Shown here in pieces: positions 1 through 9,763 of a DNA stretch of 64,000 nucleotides; the first letter of the stretch is position 1, and each line of letters begins with the position of its first letter. This DNA comes from an uncultured archaeon (GTDB lineage Archaea > Asgardarchaeota > Thorarchaeia > Thorarchaeales > Thorarchaeaceae). The notes beneath the pieces are model-generated. The model had not been told where the DNA came from. It searched no databases and saw only the letters and a program-made list of their open reading frames with translations. Made by a program: the position numbers and the translations under genes. Where the stretch lies: contig CAYWJO010000003.1 in NCBI GenBank assembly GCA_964458565.1, positions 1 to 64,000 of the forward strand, read 5' to 3'.

Positions 1-6
1 AATTAC

Positions 7-888
7 ATGGACATCAAGAAGATAGCAGTCCTTGGTGGAGGACAGATGGGCAATGGCATTGCTCAGGTATGCGCCCAAGCGGGTTACCACGTGAAGATGA
101 GAGATATCGAACAAAGGTTCATTGACGGTGGAATGGCTACAATCAAGAAGAACTTAGAGAGAGGTCTCAAGAAAGGTAAAATAACTCAAGAAGAGATTGA
201 TGCAGTTCTAGGACGTATCGAGGGAGTTTTAGATCTTAAAGATGCAGTCAAAGATGTAGACCTCGTAATTGAGGCAATTCCAGAAATTGTGAAGATAAAA
301 CTAGATACTTGGAAGGAAGTGGACGAAGCAGCTCCAGAGCATGCGATTCTAGCATCAAATACTTCCAGCATAAGCATAACTCAGATGGCTGCTGTTACCA
401 AACGACCGGAGAAATTCATTGGGATGCACTTTTTCAACCCAGTTCCAGTGATGGGTCTTGTGGAGATCATAAAGGGTCAAGCTACTACAGATGCAACAGC
501 AAAGGTAATCGAAGAGGTTTCTCACAAGGTCGGAAAGAAGACAGTCCTAGTAAATGAAGCACCTGGCTTTGCAGTCAACAGGCTTCTTGTTCCAGCACTT
601 AACGAAGCAGTCTTTGCAATTCAGGAAGGGATTGCAACTGTAGAAGATATGGACCTCGCTATAGAATTGGGTCTTAACTGGCCAATGGGACCACTCAAGC
701 TCTTAGACTTTGTAGGTTTAGATACCGCATTGTACATTTCGGATTACTTTGTTGATGAATTCAAAGATAGCAAGTATAGAGCACCAGCTCTACTGCGTAA
801 AATGGTTCGCGCTGGATGGGTTGGAAGAAAATCAGGTCGAGGATTCTACGATTATTCTGGTGACGAGCCAAAACCAATGCGATTCTAG
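7..888 (+). CDS. hbd: 3-hydroxybutyryl-CoA / 3-hydroxyacyl-CoA dehydrogenase
   Basis: Rossmann GGGQMG, EAIPE, ASNTSS, catalytic GMHFFNP, PGFAVNR, PMGPL..D..GLD, GRKSGRGFY. Confidence 0.93.
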   Translation: MDIKKIAVLGGGQMGNGIAQVCAQAGYHVKMRDIEQRFIDGGMATIKKNLERGLKKGKITQEEIDAVLGRIEGVLDLKDAVKDVDLVIEAIPEIVKIKLDTWKEVDEAAPEHAILASNTSSISITQMAAVTKRPEKFIGMHFFNPVPVMGLVEIIKGQATTDATAKVIEEVSHKVGKKTVLVNEAPGFAVNRLLVPALNEAVFAIQEGIATVEDMDLAIELGLNWPMGPLKLLDFVGLDTALYISDYFVDEFKDSKYRAPALLRKMVRAGWVGRKSGRGFYDYSGDEPKPMRF

Positions 889-922
889 TGGAGCACAATC
901 AGCTCCACACATCTTTTCTTTT
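888..922 (+). terminator. Hairpin plus U-rich tract after hbd
   Basis: GTGGAGC(888-894)/GCTCCAC(902-908) stem followed by TTTTCTTTT. Confidence 0.55.
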
Positions 923-964
923 CAATGCTCAAAGTAATATAGAACGATTGCACTTGTGAAAATC

Positions 965-1813
965 ATGTCTTTCGTTCATGAGGAATCGCATTATATCGGA
1001 TACGATGGTTTGCGAATGTTCATGCATCTATGGCGACCTGAAAATGATAAGCCACGTGCTCTTTTAGTAGCTATACATGGATTGGGTAGCCATGGAGGAG
1101 ATATGTTCACTATTGGAGAATATCTTGCAGAGAGAGGGATTGCTGTTTTTGCTCCAGACATGAGAGGCTTTGGACACTATACCGGACTTAAAGGTCATTT
1201 AATGAATCATGATGAGTATATTGAAGATATTCAAAATATCATCATGCAAGTCAAGGATCGATATCTGAATAAAATCACATATCTCATGGGAGCATCACTT
1301 GGTGGAATAAACGTAATCCGTTATGCAGCAACGTATCCAAAGGATATTGATGGATTGATTCTTCAGTGCCCGGGGGTATCACAGACGCTCCCAATTAATC
1401 CGTTAGTACGCTTCGTTGGTGAAATACTCTCCTTACTGAACATCAAGAAGTTTTTCTCTTCTGGTGTTCCACTGGAGGCAGGATGCAGAGATCCTGATGT
1501 TGTCAAGAGGCACAGAGATGATCCACTTCGAGTAGAAGAGGTTTCTGCACGATTTGGTATTTCCGGATTGAAATCAGCCAAGATAGGCGTTCAAGCTGCT
1601 GAGTCGTTAACTCGCCCTGTTTTACTTCAGCAAGCGGGAGATGACAATCTTGTATCCCCGGAGAAGAATAGAGAGTTTTTTGATAGAATCTCATCAAAAG
1701 ACAAAGAATGGAGACTCTATGAAGGTCTCTATCATGAGATACATGAAGAACCAGAGAAAGAAATAGTACTACAAGACATGTATGCTTGGTTAAACAAAAG
1801 ATTACCGAATTGA
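965..1813 (+). CDS. Alpha/beta hydrolase, lysophospholipase/monoacylglycerol lipase family
   Basis: HGLGSH, DMRGFG, nucleophile GASLGG, acid D in GDDNLV, catalytic H in LYHEI; ATG at 965 preferred over GTG at 956. Confidence 0.88.
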   Translation: MSFVHEESHYIGYDGLRMFMHLWRPENDKPRALLVAIHGLGSHGGDMFTIGEYLAERGIAVFAPDMRGFGHYTGLKGHLMNHDEYIEDIQNIIMQVKDRYLNKITYLMGASLGGINVIRYAATYPKDIDGLILQCPGVSQTLPINPLVRFVGEILSLLNIKKFFSSGVPLEAGCRDPDVVKRHRDDPLRVEEVSARFGISGLKSAKIGVQAAESLTRPVLLQQAGDDNLVSPEKNREFFDRISSKDKEWRLYEGLYHEIHEEPEKEIVLQDMYAWLNKRLPN

Positions 1814-1818
1814 GTGTG

Positions 1819-2667
1819 ATGAACATGGTAGAATATGAGGAAACTGAATACCTAGGCTATGACGATATTGAGATGTTTATGAGAAAATGGAGTCCTGAAG
1901 GAAATCCAAAAGGGGTCATCCTGGGACTTCATGGGTTGGGAGCCCATAGTGGTTCGATTTCATTTGTAGCAGAATATATGGCTAAGAATGGATATGTGTT
2001 CTATGCACCAGATTTACGCGGCTTCGGCCATTGGGTCGGGGAGAAGGGCCATATTGACAGTTTTGAGGAATATAATCTGGATATCGATCGATTAGCTGGA
2101 TATATCCGAAGTAAACATATGACACATTCCATATTCCTCTACGGACATTCTTTGGGAGGAATGCTCATTTTGCTCTACATAGCTGTGCATCCAGATAGTT
2201 TTGATGGAGCTATCGCAGCGTGTCCCTCTGTATCCGAGCGACTTGAAATAGGAAGGGGAACGAGAACTATTGCCAGGTTGCTCGCAATGTTAGGAATAAA
2301 GAAGAGGTTCCCAAATGGACTCAATTATGATTATATCTCGAGAAATTCTGAAGTAGTAAGGAGAAACAGAGAGGACCCATTACGCTATGATCTTGCTACA
2401 CCTAAATATGCAATCGAAGGGCTGAGAGCACGAAAGTATAGTGCAACAACCGGTCCTCTGATCAAAACTCCAATTCTTGTTGTGCACACTCTTGAAGATA
2501 AAATCCTCATTCCAGAGAAAACAAAGGAATATTATGAAACCATTGCAGCTCAAGATAAGACATACAAGGAATATCCTGATTTATATCATGAACCTTTTGA
2601 AGAACCAGGAGGAGAGAAGGTTCTAGAAGACTTCATCTCCTGGCTCGATGAAAGAGTTAATTCCTAG
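1819..2667 (+). CDS. Alpha/beta hydrolase, lysophospholipase family (tandem paralogue)
   Basis: HGLGAH, DLRGFG, GHSLGG, EDKIL, LYHEP; colinear with the upstream gene; start 1819 or 1825. Confidence 0.88.
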   Translation: MNMVEYEETEYLGYDDIEMFMRKWSPEGNPKGVILGLHGLGAHSGSISFVAEYMAKNGYVFYAPDLRGFGHWVGEKGHIDSFEEYNLDIDRLAGYIRSKHMTHSIFLYGHSLGGMLILLYIAVHPDSFDGAIAACPSVSERLEIGRGTRTIARLLAMLGIKKRFPNGLNYDYISRNSEVVRRNREDPLRYDLATPKYAIEGLRARKYSATTGPLIKTPILVVHTLEDKILIPEKTKEYYETIAAQDKTYKEYPDLYHEPFEEPGGEKVLEDFISWLDERVNS

Positions 2668-5471
2668 TCATCTGATTTCGTATTATGTCCGAAGATAATG
2701 TATGATGGAATCAATAAGGCAGGAAGACATGTAACAGATATCACAATCCAGTCAATTAGATTGAGAGGCACCGTTCCGAATAGTCCTTGCAGGAATGGAA
2801 CATAAATTGTTGCCAACGTTAGTACTAATGATAACATAACAGCGCCAATCAATGCACGTGAATTCAGAATCTCAGTGCGCCATATGGGGCGATACTCATC
2901 ACGACAATTCCAAACAAATAGAAGCTCAAATGTCACAACGCCTGCAAAGACGGCTGTTCTTGCATGAGTAAGTGCGTTCTCCCATGATTCAATTGACCAG
3001 AAATCAGGTTGAAGGAGATTCTCAGCTGTAGGTAACCCACCACCATAGGTCCCCAAAGCCCAGAAGAAGATAAATGCAGAAGAAAGGAATGCCATGAATC
3101 CTGCCACAAGGATGAAGGATATCATCCCGCGATCCATCATTTTCTGACCCGGTTTGCGTGGCGGCCTATTCATCACTCCCTTTTCAGGAGGGTCGACCCC
3201 CAATGCTAGAGCTGGAAAGCCGTCTGTAGCCAAATTAAGCCACAGGATTTGAATGGCAGTTATAGGTAATGGAAAACCGAGCATTATAACAGTAAAGACG
3301 AGAAATAATTCATCGAAGTTGGCTGCAAGCAAGAATCGAACAAATTTTCTAATATTGGAATAAATCTCACGACCTTTTTCAACTGCGGTAACAATCGTAG
3401 CGAAGTTATCATCTGTCAAAATGACATCAGACGCTTCCTTCGTGACATCAGCACCTCGAACACCCATCGAAACTCCGACATCTGCGGTTTTGACTGCTGG
3501 CGCATCATTGACCCCATCTCCAGTCATCGCGACAACTTCATTCATGTTCTTTAATGCATTAACAATCTGAAGTTTGTGACGAGGAGCAACTCGTGCGAAG
3601 ACATTTACATCTCGAACAATGTTAAGGAATTCTTGGTGCTCCATCGTATCAATCATAGCACCAGTTACAACCTGGCTTTTCCTCTCAATAAGACCAACAT
3701 CAATGGCAACAGCTCTTGCTGTAAGCTCATGATCACCTGTGATCATTATGGGGCGAATACCTGCGTTGATACATGTTGTGATTGCCTCTTTCACCTCATC
3801 ACGTGGAGGGTCTATCATTCCCATAAGACCCACAAAGACCATATCTTTCTCTACCTTCTCTGGTTCCCAGTCTGGAATCTCAGCATCGAGGGGTCGATAA
3901 GCAAAAGCAAGAACTCTTAAAGCGTTTTCAGCAAATCCCGCATTGATCATCAGGATAGTATCTCGCTCTCTGTTTTTTAACGGTCTGATTTCACCATGCT
4001 CATAGATAGATGTGCAGAGGGGTAATAATACCTCAGGAGCACCTTTCGAGAAAGCAATTAGAGACCCATCTTCGGATGCGCGACAAACTGAAGTCATCCT
4101 CTTTCTTGCTGAGTCAAATGAAATCTCAGTAATCTCTTCATATTTGGATAAGGTTTCAGAATGAGGAATACCTGCTTTCTCTGCTACAACAAGAATAGCG
4201 CCTTCAGTAGGATCTCCGACAACTGAATAGTGTGCTTTACCCAAGGGGTCATCTTGTAACATTGAATTCGTACAGAGTTGACCAATCTCAAGAAGTTTAA
4301 CAGCGTGAATATCAGCTTTGGCATTAAAAGGTGTGCTGGCTCTGTGGAATGCACCTTTCCGGTTATATCCTACACCAGACACTGTTATCGTTTGACCATT
4401 TACGAAGAGATTCATCACAGTCATTTCATTTTTCGTAATCGTTCCAGTCTTGTCTGAACAGATGATTGTTGTCGACCCGAGAGTTTCTACTGAAGGAAGA
4501 CGTCTTACAATTGCATTCTCATTTACCATTCTCTGGACACCAATAGCCAGTGTTATGGTAACTACTGCAGGTAGACCCTCTGGTATTGCAGATACTGCCA
4601 GTGCAATCGCAGCTAGCAATTGATCAAGCCAGCTTTCAGATATGTCTCGGAGCACCTCAGCAGCAAATACAATTATACACATGACGATTACAAGAGCCCC
4701 TAGTTTCTTGCCTAGGTCCTGAAGGTCCAGCTGTAGGGGAGTCATATCTTTCTCACTCTCTTGAACCATCTCTGCTATTGATCCAAAACGTGTCTTCATT
4801 CCAGTTGATGTAACTACGGCACGGCCTTTACCGGACGTGATAGTAGTTCCCTGATGGACCATATTTTTCATATCCCCAACAGTGGGATGGTCTAGATATA
4901 TTGTGTCACTGATTTTCCTTACTGAGAGGGATTCACCTGTCAAGATAGATTCGTCAGCAGAAAAACCTACAGCATAGAAAATTCTTCCATCAGCTGGTAT
5001 CATATCACCTGCTTCAAGACTAATTACATCACCAGGAACAAGATTTCGTGATTCAGTATCAATCCATAATCTGTCCCGTAATACACGGGCTCGAGGTGCT
5101 GCCATCTCCTTTAGTCGCTCAAGGGCTTGTTCTGAGCGGTATTCCTGCACAAATCCAAAAACTGCATTGAATATCACGATTGCAGAAATTACTATTGCAT
5201 CTATGAAGCCATGATCTTCACCATGGCCTTGTGCTATAATAGACGTGAAAATTGAAATGATTATGGCGATTAGAAGGATAATTACCATAGGATCTGTGAA
5301 TTGTTCAAGGAACATCACCACAGGACTTTTTTTCCCGGTTTCTACAAGTTCATTGTAGCCAAATTCTTCTACCCTTCGCTCCGCGTCCTTATTAGTCAAA
5401 CCTTGCTCAGAAGTTTGAAGACGTGCAAAGGCAAATTCAGAATCATTATTATACCATTCATCGTTGAGCAT
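2664..5471 (-). CDS. P-type cation-transporting ATPase, P2A (SERCA-like Ca2+-ATPase)
   Basis: TGES, IPEGLPAV, phosphorylation site DKTGT, KGAPE, DPPR, TGDGVNDAPA, QILWLNLATDG. Confidence 0.93.
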   Translation of the reverse strand: MLNDEWYNNDSEFAFARLQTSEQGLTNKDAERRVEEFGYNELVETGKKSPVVMFLEQFTDPMVIILLIAIIISIFTSIIAQGHGEDHGFIDAIVISAIVIFNAVFGFVQEYRSEQALERLKEMAAPRARVLRDRLWIDTESRNLVPGDVISLEAGDMIPADGRIFYAVGFSADESILTGESLSVRKISDTIYLDHPTVGDMKNMVHQGTTITSGKGRAVVTSTGMKTRFGSIAEMVQESEKDMTPLQLDLQDLGKKLGALVIVMCIIVFAAEVLRDISESWLDQLLAAIALAVSAIPEGLPAVVTITLAIGVQRMVNENAIVRRLPSVETLGSTTIICSDKTGTITKNEMTVMNLFVNGQTITVSGVGYNRKGAFHRASTPFNAKADIHAVKLLEIGQLCTNSMLQDDPLGKAHYSVVGDPTEGAILVVAEKAGIPHSETLSKYEEITEISFDSARKRMTSVCRASEDGSLIAFSKGAPEVLLPLCTSIYEHGEIRPLKNRERDTILMINAGFAENALRVLAFAYRPLDAEIPDWEPEKVEKDMVFVGLMGMIDPPRDEVKEAITTCINAGIRPIMITGDHELTARAVAIDVGLIERKSQVVTGAMIDTMEHQEFLNIVRDVNVFARVAPRHKLQIVNALKNMNEVVAMTGDGVNDAPAVKTADVGVSMGVRGADVTKEASDVILTDDNFATIVTAVEKGREIYSNIRKFVRFLLAANFDELFLVFTVIMLGFPLPITAIQILWLNLATDGFPALALGVDPPEKGVMNRPPRKPGQKMMDRGMISFILVAGFMAFLSSAFIFFWALGTYGGGLPTAENLLQPDFWSIESWENALTHARTAVFAGVVTFELLFVWNCRDEYRPIWRTEILNSRALIGAVMLSLVLTLATIYVPFLQGLFGTVPLNLIDWIVISVTCLPALLIPSYIIFGHNTKSDD

Positions 5472-5544
5472 TCTTTGGACTCCAATACATATGAGAGATT
5501 TTGTCGCACCGGTACCTCGAGCGTGAAATAGTATAAAGAAATAC

Positions 5545-5580
5545 CTTTCGAAGACGACATTTTCAGGTCAACTTCGAAAG
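5545..5580. promoter_or_regulatory. 9-bp perfect inverted repeat in a divergent promoter region (possible operator)
   Basis: CTTTCGAAG-N18-CTTCGAAAG between the divergent ATPase and YkgJ genes. Confidence 0.35.
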
Positions 5581-5634
5581 TATTAAAAAATCGAGCATAA
5601 TCAAAGTGTTAGGTCTTTAAGACAGGTGGGAAAA

Positions 5635-6240
5635 ATGTCAGAGGAGAAGAAAAAATACAACTTCAAGTGCTATGAACAAACTTGTGCTGATCGTGTATGC
5701 TGTACAAGAAGCCCGGTGTTAGTAACATTTGGTGACATCTCACGATGGATAACCCAGAATTTCGTGCAGGAGATATTTCCAGGTCTCACTTTGAATATTC
5801 CAAAAGATGAAGGGGAAATCTTCTCGATTGAAACCCTGCGAAATCCTCTTGAAGAGGGTTCAGACAAAACTGCCTGTATTTTCTTTGTGAAGGAATCAAA
5901 CGCATGTGCTATCAGATATTCAAGACCCATCTCATGTCAAACATTCCCCTTAGCTTATGACGGGGAGAAGTTCTATGTTACCGACAATAGTTGTTCAGGA
6001 ATTGGGCAAGGTGAAGTTACGAAGGAAGCTCTCAAGGATGCACGAGATCTAGCTGATAAGGAATATAGAGAAAGATCTGCAACTCTAGGGGCTTTACCTG
6101 GAGTATATTCAATCATAATCACAGACATGATGCGAAAGTCTGCAGAGATGATGAAGGATATGAAACCCGAGGATCGTGAGAAATTGGAAGAACTGATGTC
6201 TAAAGAGCAAGACGAAAAAGAAGAGCCTGAAACGGAGTAG
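5635..6240 (+). CDS. YkgJ-family cysteine-cluster (putative Fe-S/Zn) protein
   Basis: FKCYEQTCADRVCC, ACIFF..NACAIRYSRPISCQTFP, and a later Cys (CSGIG). Confidence 0.8.
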   Translation: MSEEKKKYNFKCYEQTCADRVCCTRSPVLVTFGDISRWITQNFVQEIFPGLTLNIPKDEGEIFSIETLRNPLEEGSDKTACIFFVKESNACAIRYSRPISCQTFPLAYDGEKFYVTDNSCSGIGQGEVTKEALKDARDLADKEYRERSATLGALPGVYSIIITDMMRKSAEMMKDMKPEDREKLEELMSKEQDEKEEPETE

Positions 6241-6241
6241 A

Positions 6242-7351
6242 TCACCCCTCAATCAAAATGAGATCCTTTGGCATGTAGGTTATTACTTCAACTACGTCTT
6301 CCTTGATACAAACGAGGTCCTCGATTCGAATTCCAAAGAGACCCTCTAAATATATACCTGGTTCAACACTATGAGTCATTCCCACTTCAAGTGGATTAGA
6401 ATTACCACGAACAAGATAGGGGGGCTCATGCACCTCTAACCCAATTCCATGTCCAAGTCTATGAGTGAAGTATTGTCCGTATCCAGCATCTTCTATTATA
6501 CGGCGAGCTATTCCATCTGCAGATCCACATTGAATACCAGGTTCTAATTTCTTAATTGCAGCCTCTTCGGCTGCTAACACAATTGAGTATACCTTCTCTT
6601 GATCCTCTGTTGGTTCTCCAACAACACCCACACGCGTCATATCTGTGTTGTATCCCCCAAACGCGCACCCACAATCCATTAGTACAATATCCTGTTTAAC
6701 CAACTTCCTGTTGCCAGCACCGTAGTGAGGGATTGCACTATTTTCACCAAATTGAACTGCAGCAAATGTTGGAGTAGCACCTGCGTGGATTATCTCATTA
6801 TCAATAATCTGCTTTAATTCTATCTCGGTAATTCCCAGATGCGCTGAATTGAAAGCCTTTGTAACAGCATCTTCTATGATGTGTCCAGCCTTTTTCATCA
6901 ATTCAAGCTCTGCGTCAGTTTTCTTTATGCGCATTTTATTGATCAAAGGGGATAAAGAGGTTGTTTTTGTGAAACCACCAGATACTCTCTCTAGAGTCCA
7001 GAATATACCCATAGGCAATGAATTATCGAACGTTGCATGATATTCTTGTGATTTTGAATGAAGACAATCAAAGACCATTTTATAGGGATCTTCATCTTCC
7101 TCCCAACCTGCAAAATCTTTGATCCAACTTAGATTACTATGATTGTTAACTTCGAAAGAAGGTGAGATTATTTTAGGTTCACCCTCTTGTTGAATAATTA
7201 ATGCGACCAATCTTTCTCGCATTTCTGTTTCAATACCAGTCAGATATTGAAAATTAGGGGAGGGCGTCAACAACGCAAAATCCACGTCTTCATCTCGTAA
7301 ATAACGTTGGACATATTCTACTCTTCTTCGGTATAGGCTTTCATCAAGCAT
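6242..7351 (-). CDS. pepQ: Xaa-Pro dipeptidase/aminopeptidase (M24B)
   Basis: Creatinase-like N-domain; metal ligands in DCG, DMTR, HRLGHGIGLEVHE, SVEPGIY, RIED. Confidence 0.9.
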   Translation of the reverse strand: MLDESLYRRRVEYVQRYLRDEDVDFALLTPSPNFQYLTGIETEMRERLVALIIQQEGEPKIISPSFEVNNHSNLSWIKDFAGWEEDEDPYKMVFDCLHSKSQEYHATFDNSLPMGIFWTLERVSGGFTKTTSLSPLINKMRIKKTDAELELMKKAGHIIEDAVTKAFNSAHLGITEIELKQIIDNEIIHAGATPTFAAVQFGENSAIPHYGAGNRKLVKQDIVLMDCGCAFGGYNTDMTRVGVVGEPTEDQEKVYSIVLAAEEAAIKKLEPGIQCGSADGIARRIIEDAGYGQYFTHRLGHGIGLEVHEPPYLVRGNSNPLEVGMTHSVEPGIYLEGLFGIRIEDLVCIKEDVVEVITYMPKDLILIEG

Positions 7352-7483
7352 GATTCAGCTCTCACTTCAAATGACAAGAACAACCTAAAAGGGATAATTT
7401 CCCTTGAATAAGTTTGTGTGTCGAGATTTGTACTAAGAAACAGAGTTAATAATAGGATAGAAATGGGCCACTTGAGATGACAC

Positions 7484-8842
7484 ATGAGTGAAGAATCCGA
7501 GAATATACAAGTTGGCAAATTGCCACGTCGTACATTCGCAGTGGGTTCATTAACTCAACTTGCAATAGGACTGCATTCTCCGTTCCTCCAAGATTATGTA
7601 ATAAAGATGGGTGCAACATTAGCTGAACTCGGGATATTTAGAAGTGTAGGTAACTTTGCTCCAACAATGATGCAACCCCTCTGGGGAGCTCTTTCTGATA
7701 AGATTGGTAGAAGAAAGCACTTCGTAGCATTTGGAACCTTTAGTGGATTGACTATGGTCTTCATGTTCTTCTTTGCTGCAACGCCTTTTGAAATGATCAT
7801 TCTCTATGGGATTCAGTCGATTCTACTAAGTATACAGATACCTACTTGGCTATCATTGATTTCAGGATATATGAAAGAAGAGAATCGTGGTGATGAACTG
7901 GGAAAACTCGCAGTCTTCACAAATATCGCATCATTAATAGCTACGCTATTAACTGGAGTAATTGCTGTACTCCCAGGAATTTTGCCATATCTCAGGATGA
8001 TGTTTGGAGATTTCGGTTTGGTTCTATTCCCCACCGCGGAGGCATGGCGGGAGATGTATTACCTACCATTTCTGTTTACAGCAATACTTGGAATCATAAC
8101 AGCGCTCATTGCATTAACTCTGAATGAAAGCCCTGAAACAGAAAAGGGAAGTGAGGTATTTCCACCAATACTTGAAATACTATCAAAACCAGGGGATTTT
8201 CGGAAATTTTGTTTTGTTGCGACCTTTTTTTCATTCGCTATGTCAATGGCCTGGCCTCTCTTTATGGTTGTTCAAAGCGAATGGTTAGGTCAGACACCGC
8301 TTGAAATCGCTATTACGACATCTCTTATGACAATTACAATCATTCTGTTTACTTCCTCGATGGGAAAGGTAGCTGATAGAGTAGGAAGAAGACCGATGAT
8401 TGTAGTCGGAAGAGTTATGCTTTTCGTTGTTCCAATACTTTACGCAATTTCAATTCCACCTTATGGAACTGTTACCGTCTACCTAGCGAATATCATTGCA
8501 GGCCTTGCAACAGCAATAACAATGAATGCGATAACTGCTTATGTTTACGACGTTTCACCAGAGGAAGAAAGAGGTGCATATTTAGCAGTGTACAACACAT
8601 TCACAGGAGGAGTCTTTCTTCTCGGTTCACTTTTTTCTGGAGTTATGGGTTACTGTATAGAGATTATTCTTTCAAGTAGGTACATCGCAGTATTTTTGAT
8701 GTTATTGCTTAGTGGGATACTCAGATTCTTTGCATCCTTTCTCTATCTCTTGATAACAGAACCGAGGAATTATTCTTCAACTCTGAGAGTTGAAATAAGA
8801 AATTCATTGTATAGATTATCATATCTCCGAAGCAAGAAATAA
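7484..8842 (+). CDS. Major facilitator superfamily transporter
   Basis: About 12 hydrophobic segments; motif A twice (GALSDKIGRR, GKVADRVGRR). Confidence 0.9.
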   Translation: MSEESENIQVGKLPRRTFAVGSLTQLAIGLHSPFLQDYVIKMGATLAELGIFRSVGNFAPTMMQPLWGALSDKIGRRKHFVAFGTFSGLTMVFMFFFAATPFEMIILYGIQSILLSIQIPTWLSLISGYMKEENRGDELGKLAVFTNIASLIATLLTGVIAVLPGILPYLRMMFGDFGLVLFPTAEAWREMYYLPFLFTAILGIITALIALTLNESPETEKGSEVFPPILEILSKPGDFRKFCFVATFFSFAMSMAWPLFMVVQSEWLGQTPLEIAITTSLMTITIILFTSSMGKVADRVGRRPMIVVGRVMLFVVPILYAISIPPYGTVTVYLANIIAGLATAITMNAITAYVYDVSPEEERGAYLAVYNTFTGGVFLLGSLFSGVMGYCIEIILSSRYIAVFLMLLLSGILRFFASFLYLLITEPRNYSSTLRVEIRNSLYRLSYLRSKK

Positions 8843-8917
8843 GTGAGATTCACTTAGAGGAGAGAACTTAAGGAAAGAAATAAACCATCCATTAATCAAC
8901 AATAAGGAGATTGTAAT

Positions 8918-9265
8918 ATGACCTCGAATTTCGAAGACACTTGGAAAGTAGAAATTCGTAGAGGTCTCCTACAATACGCGGTCCTAGCAATAGTCAGACA
9001 GCATGAAGAAGGGATACATGGATACGGTATTGTAAAAGAATTAGAAGAACGAACAAATGGGCTGCTAGAAATCAAGGAAGGTACATTGTATCCAATATTG
9101 CATCGCTTAACAAAGGAAAGAATCCTTGATTTCAGAACAGAAAAATCAGAAGCTGGACCTAAACGGAAGGTGTATGTCCTTACAGGAGAGGGTGATAGAG
9201 TATTGCGTGTGTTGAAAGCAAATCTCCAACTCTACATCGAAAAATTGGAGGAATTAGAAAAATGA
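8918..9265 (+). CDS. PadR-family transcriptional regulator
   Basis: RRGLLQYAVL, HGYGI, EGTLYPILHRL, PKRKVYVLT. Confidence 0.92.
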   Translation: MTSNFEDTWKVEIRRGLLQYAVLAIVRQHEEGIHGYGIVKELEERTNGLLEIKEGTLYPILHRLTKERILDFRTEKSEAGPKRKVYVLTGEGDRVLRVLKANLQLYIEKLEELEK

Positions 9266-9762
9266 GTGATGATCAGACTAAGAAGGAAATTGAGCAATAT
9301 ATCAATCGTTTGAGGAAAAAACTGCCAGAGAGTTTTGAAACAGAAGACCTTCTTGATGATCTGAGAATTCACATCATCGAGGCTCTTGCTGAAAAACAGG
9401 TAAAATGCCCCACAAAGGATGTAAAAATCCTCTTAATCGAAGTTATTGAAAATCTTGGAACACCAGAGGAAATCGCAGAGGAATTCGGTCAGGTTAAGAT
9501 ATCAGAGCCAAAATCTGAGAAACGACCATTTCAAGGACATAGCCTAATTATCCGCCTTCTAGCAGCGATCATTGTTGTTGTATTAGCATCATGGATAGTT
9601 TCCATAGTAACGGAAGGTGCTGTAGATTTTCTATTTGCTGTGGTTGTTCTGATGATTTTTGTTCTTGCCGAGTGGAGCATCAGAGCATGGCAGATGGGAG
9701 AATATCAGAGGATTGATTCTGAGACAAAAGATAAACGGTATTCTTACAGGAGAAGTGAATAG
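9262..9762 (+). CDS. HAAS-domain membrane protein (PadR partner)
   Basis: IEQYINRLRKKL..DLRIHIIE..LGTPEEIAEEF followed by two TM helices; ATGA overlap with padR. Confidence 0.75.
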   Translation: MSDDQTKKEIEQYINRLRKKLPESFETEDLLDDLRIHIIEALAEKQVKCPTKDVKILLIEVIENLGTPEEIAEEFGQVKISEPKSEKRPFQGHSLIIRLLAAIIVVVLASWIVSIVTEGAVDFLFAVVVLMIFVLAEWSIRAWQMGEYQRIDSETKDKRYSYRRSE

Positions 9763-9763
9763 G

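Noticed and set aside
9659-9763. Long N-terminus of the PK_C-like ORF, and the antisense ORF 9631-10083
   Set aside because: The extension overlaps the HAAS gene and the ATG at 9764 fits better; the antisense ORF has no recognisable features
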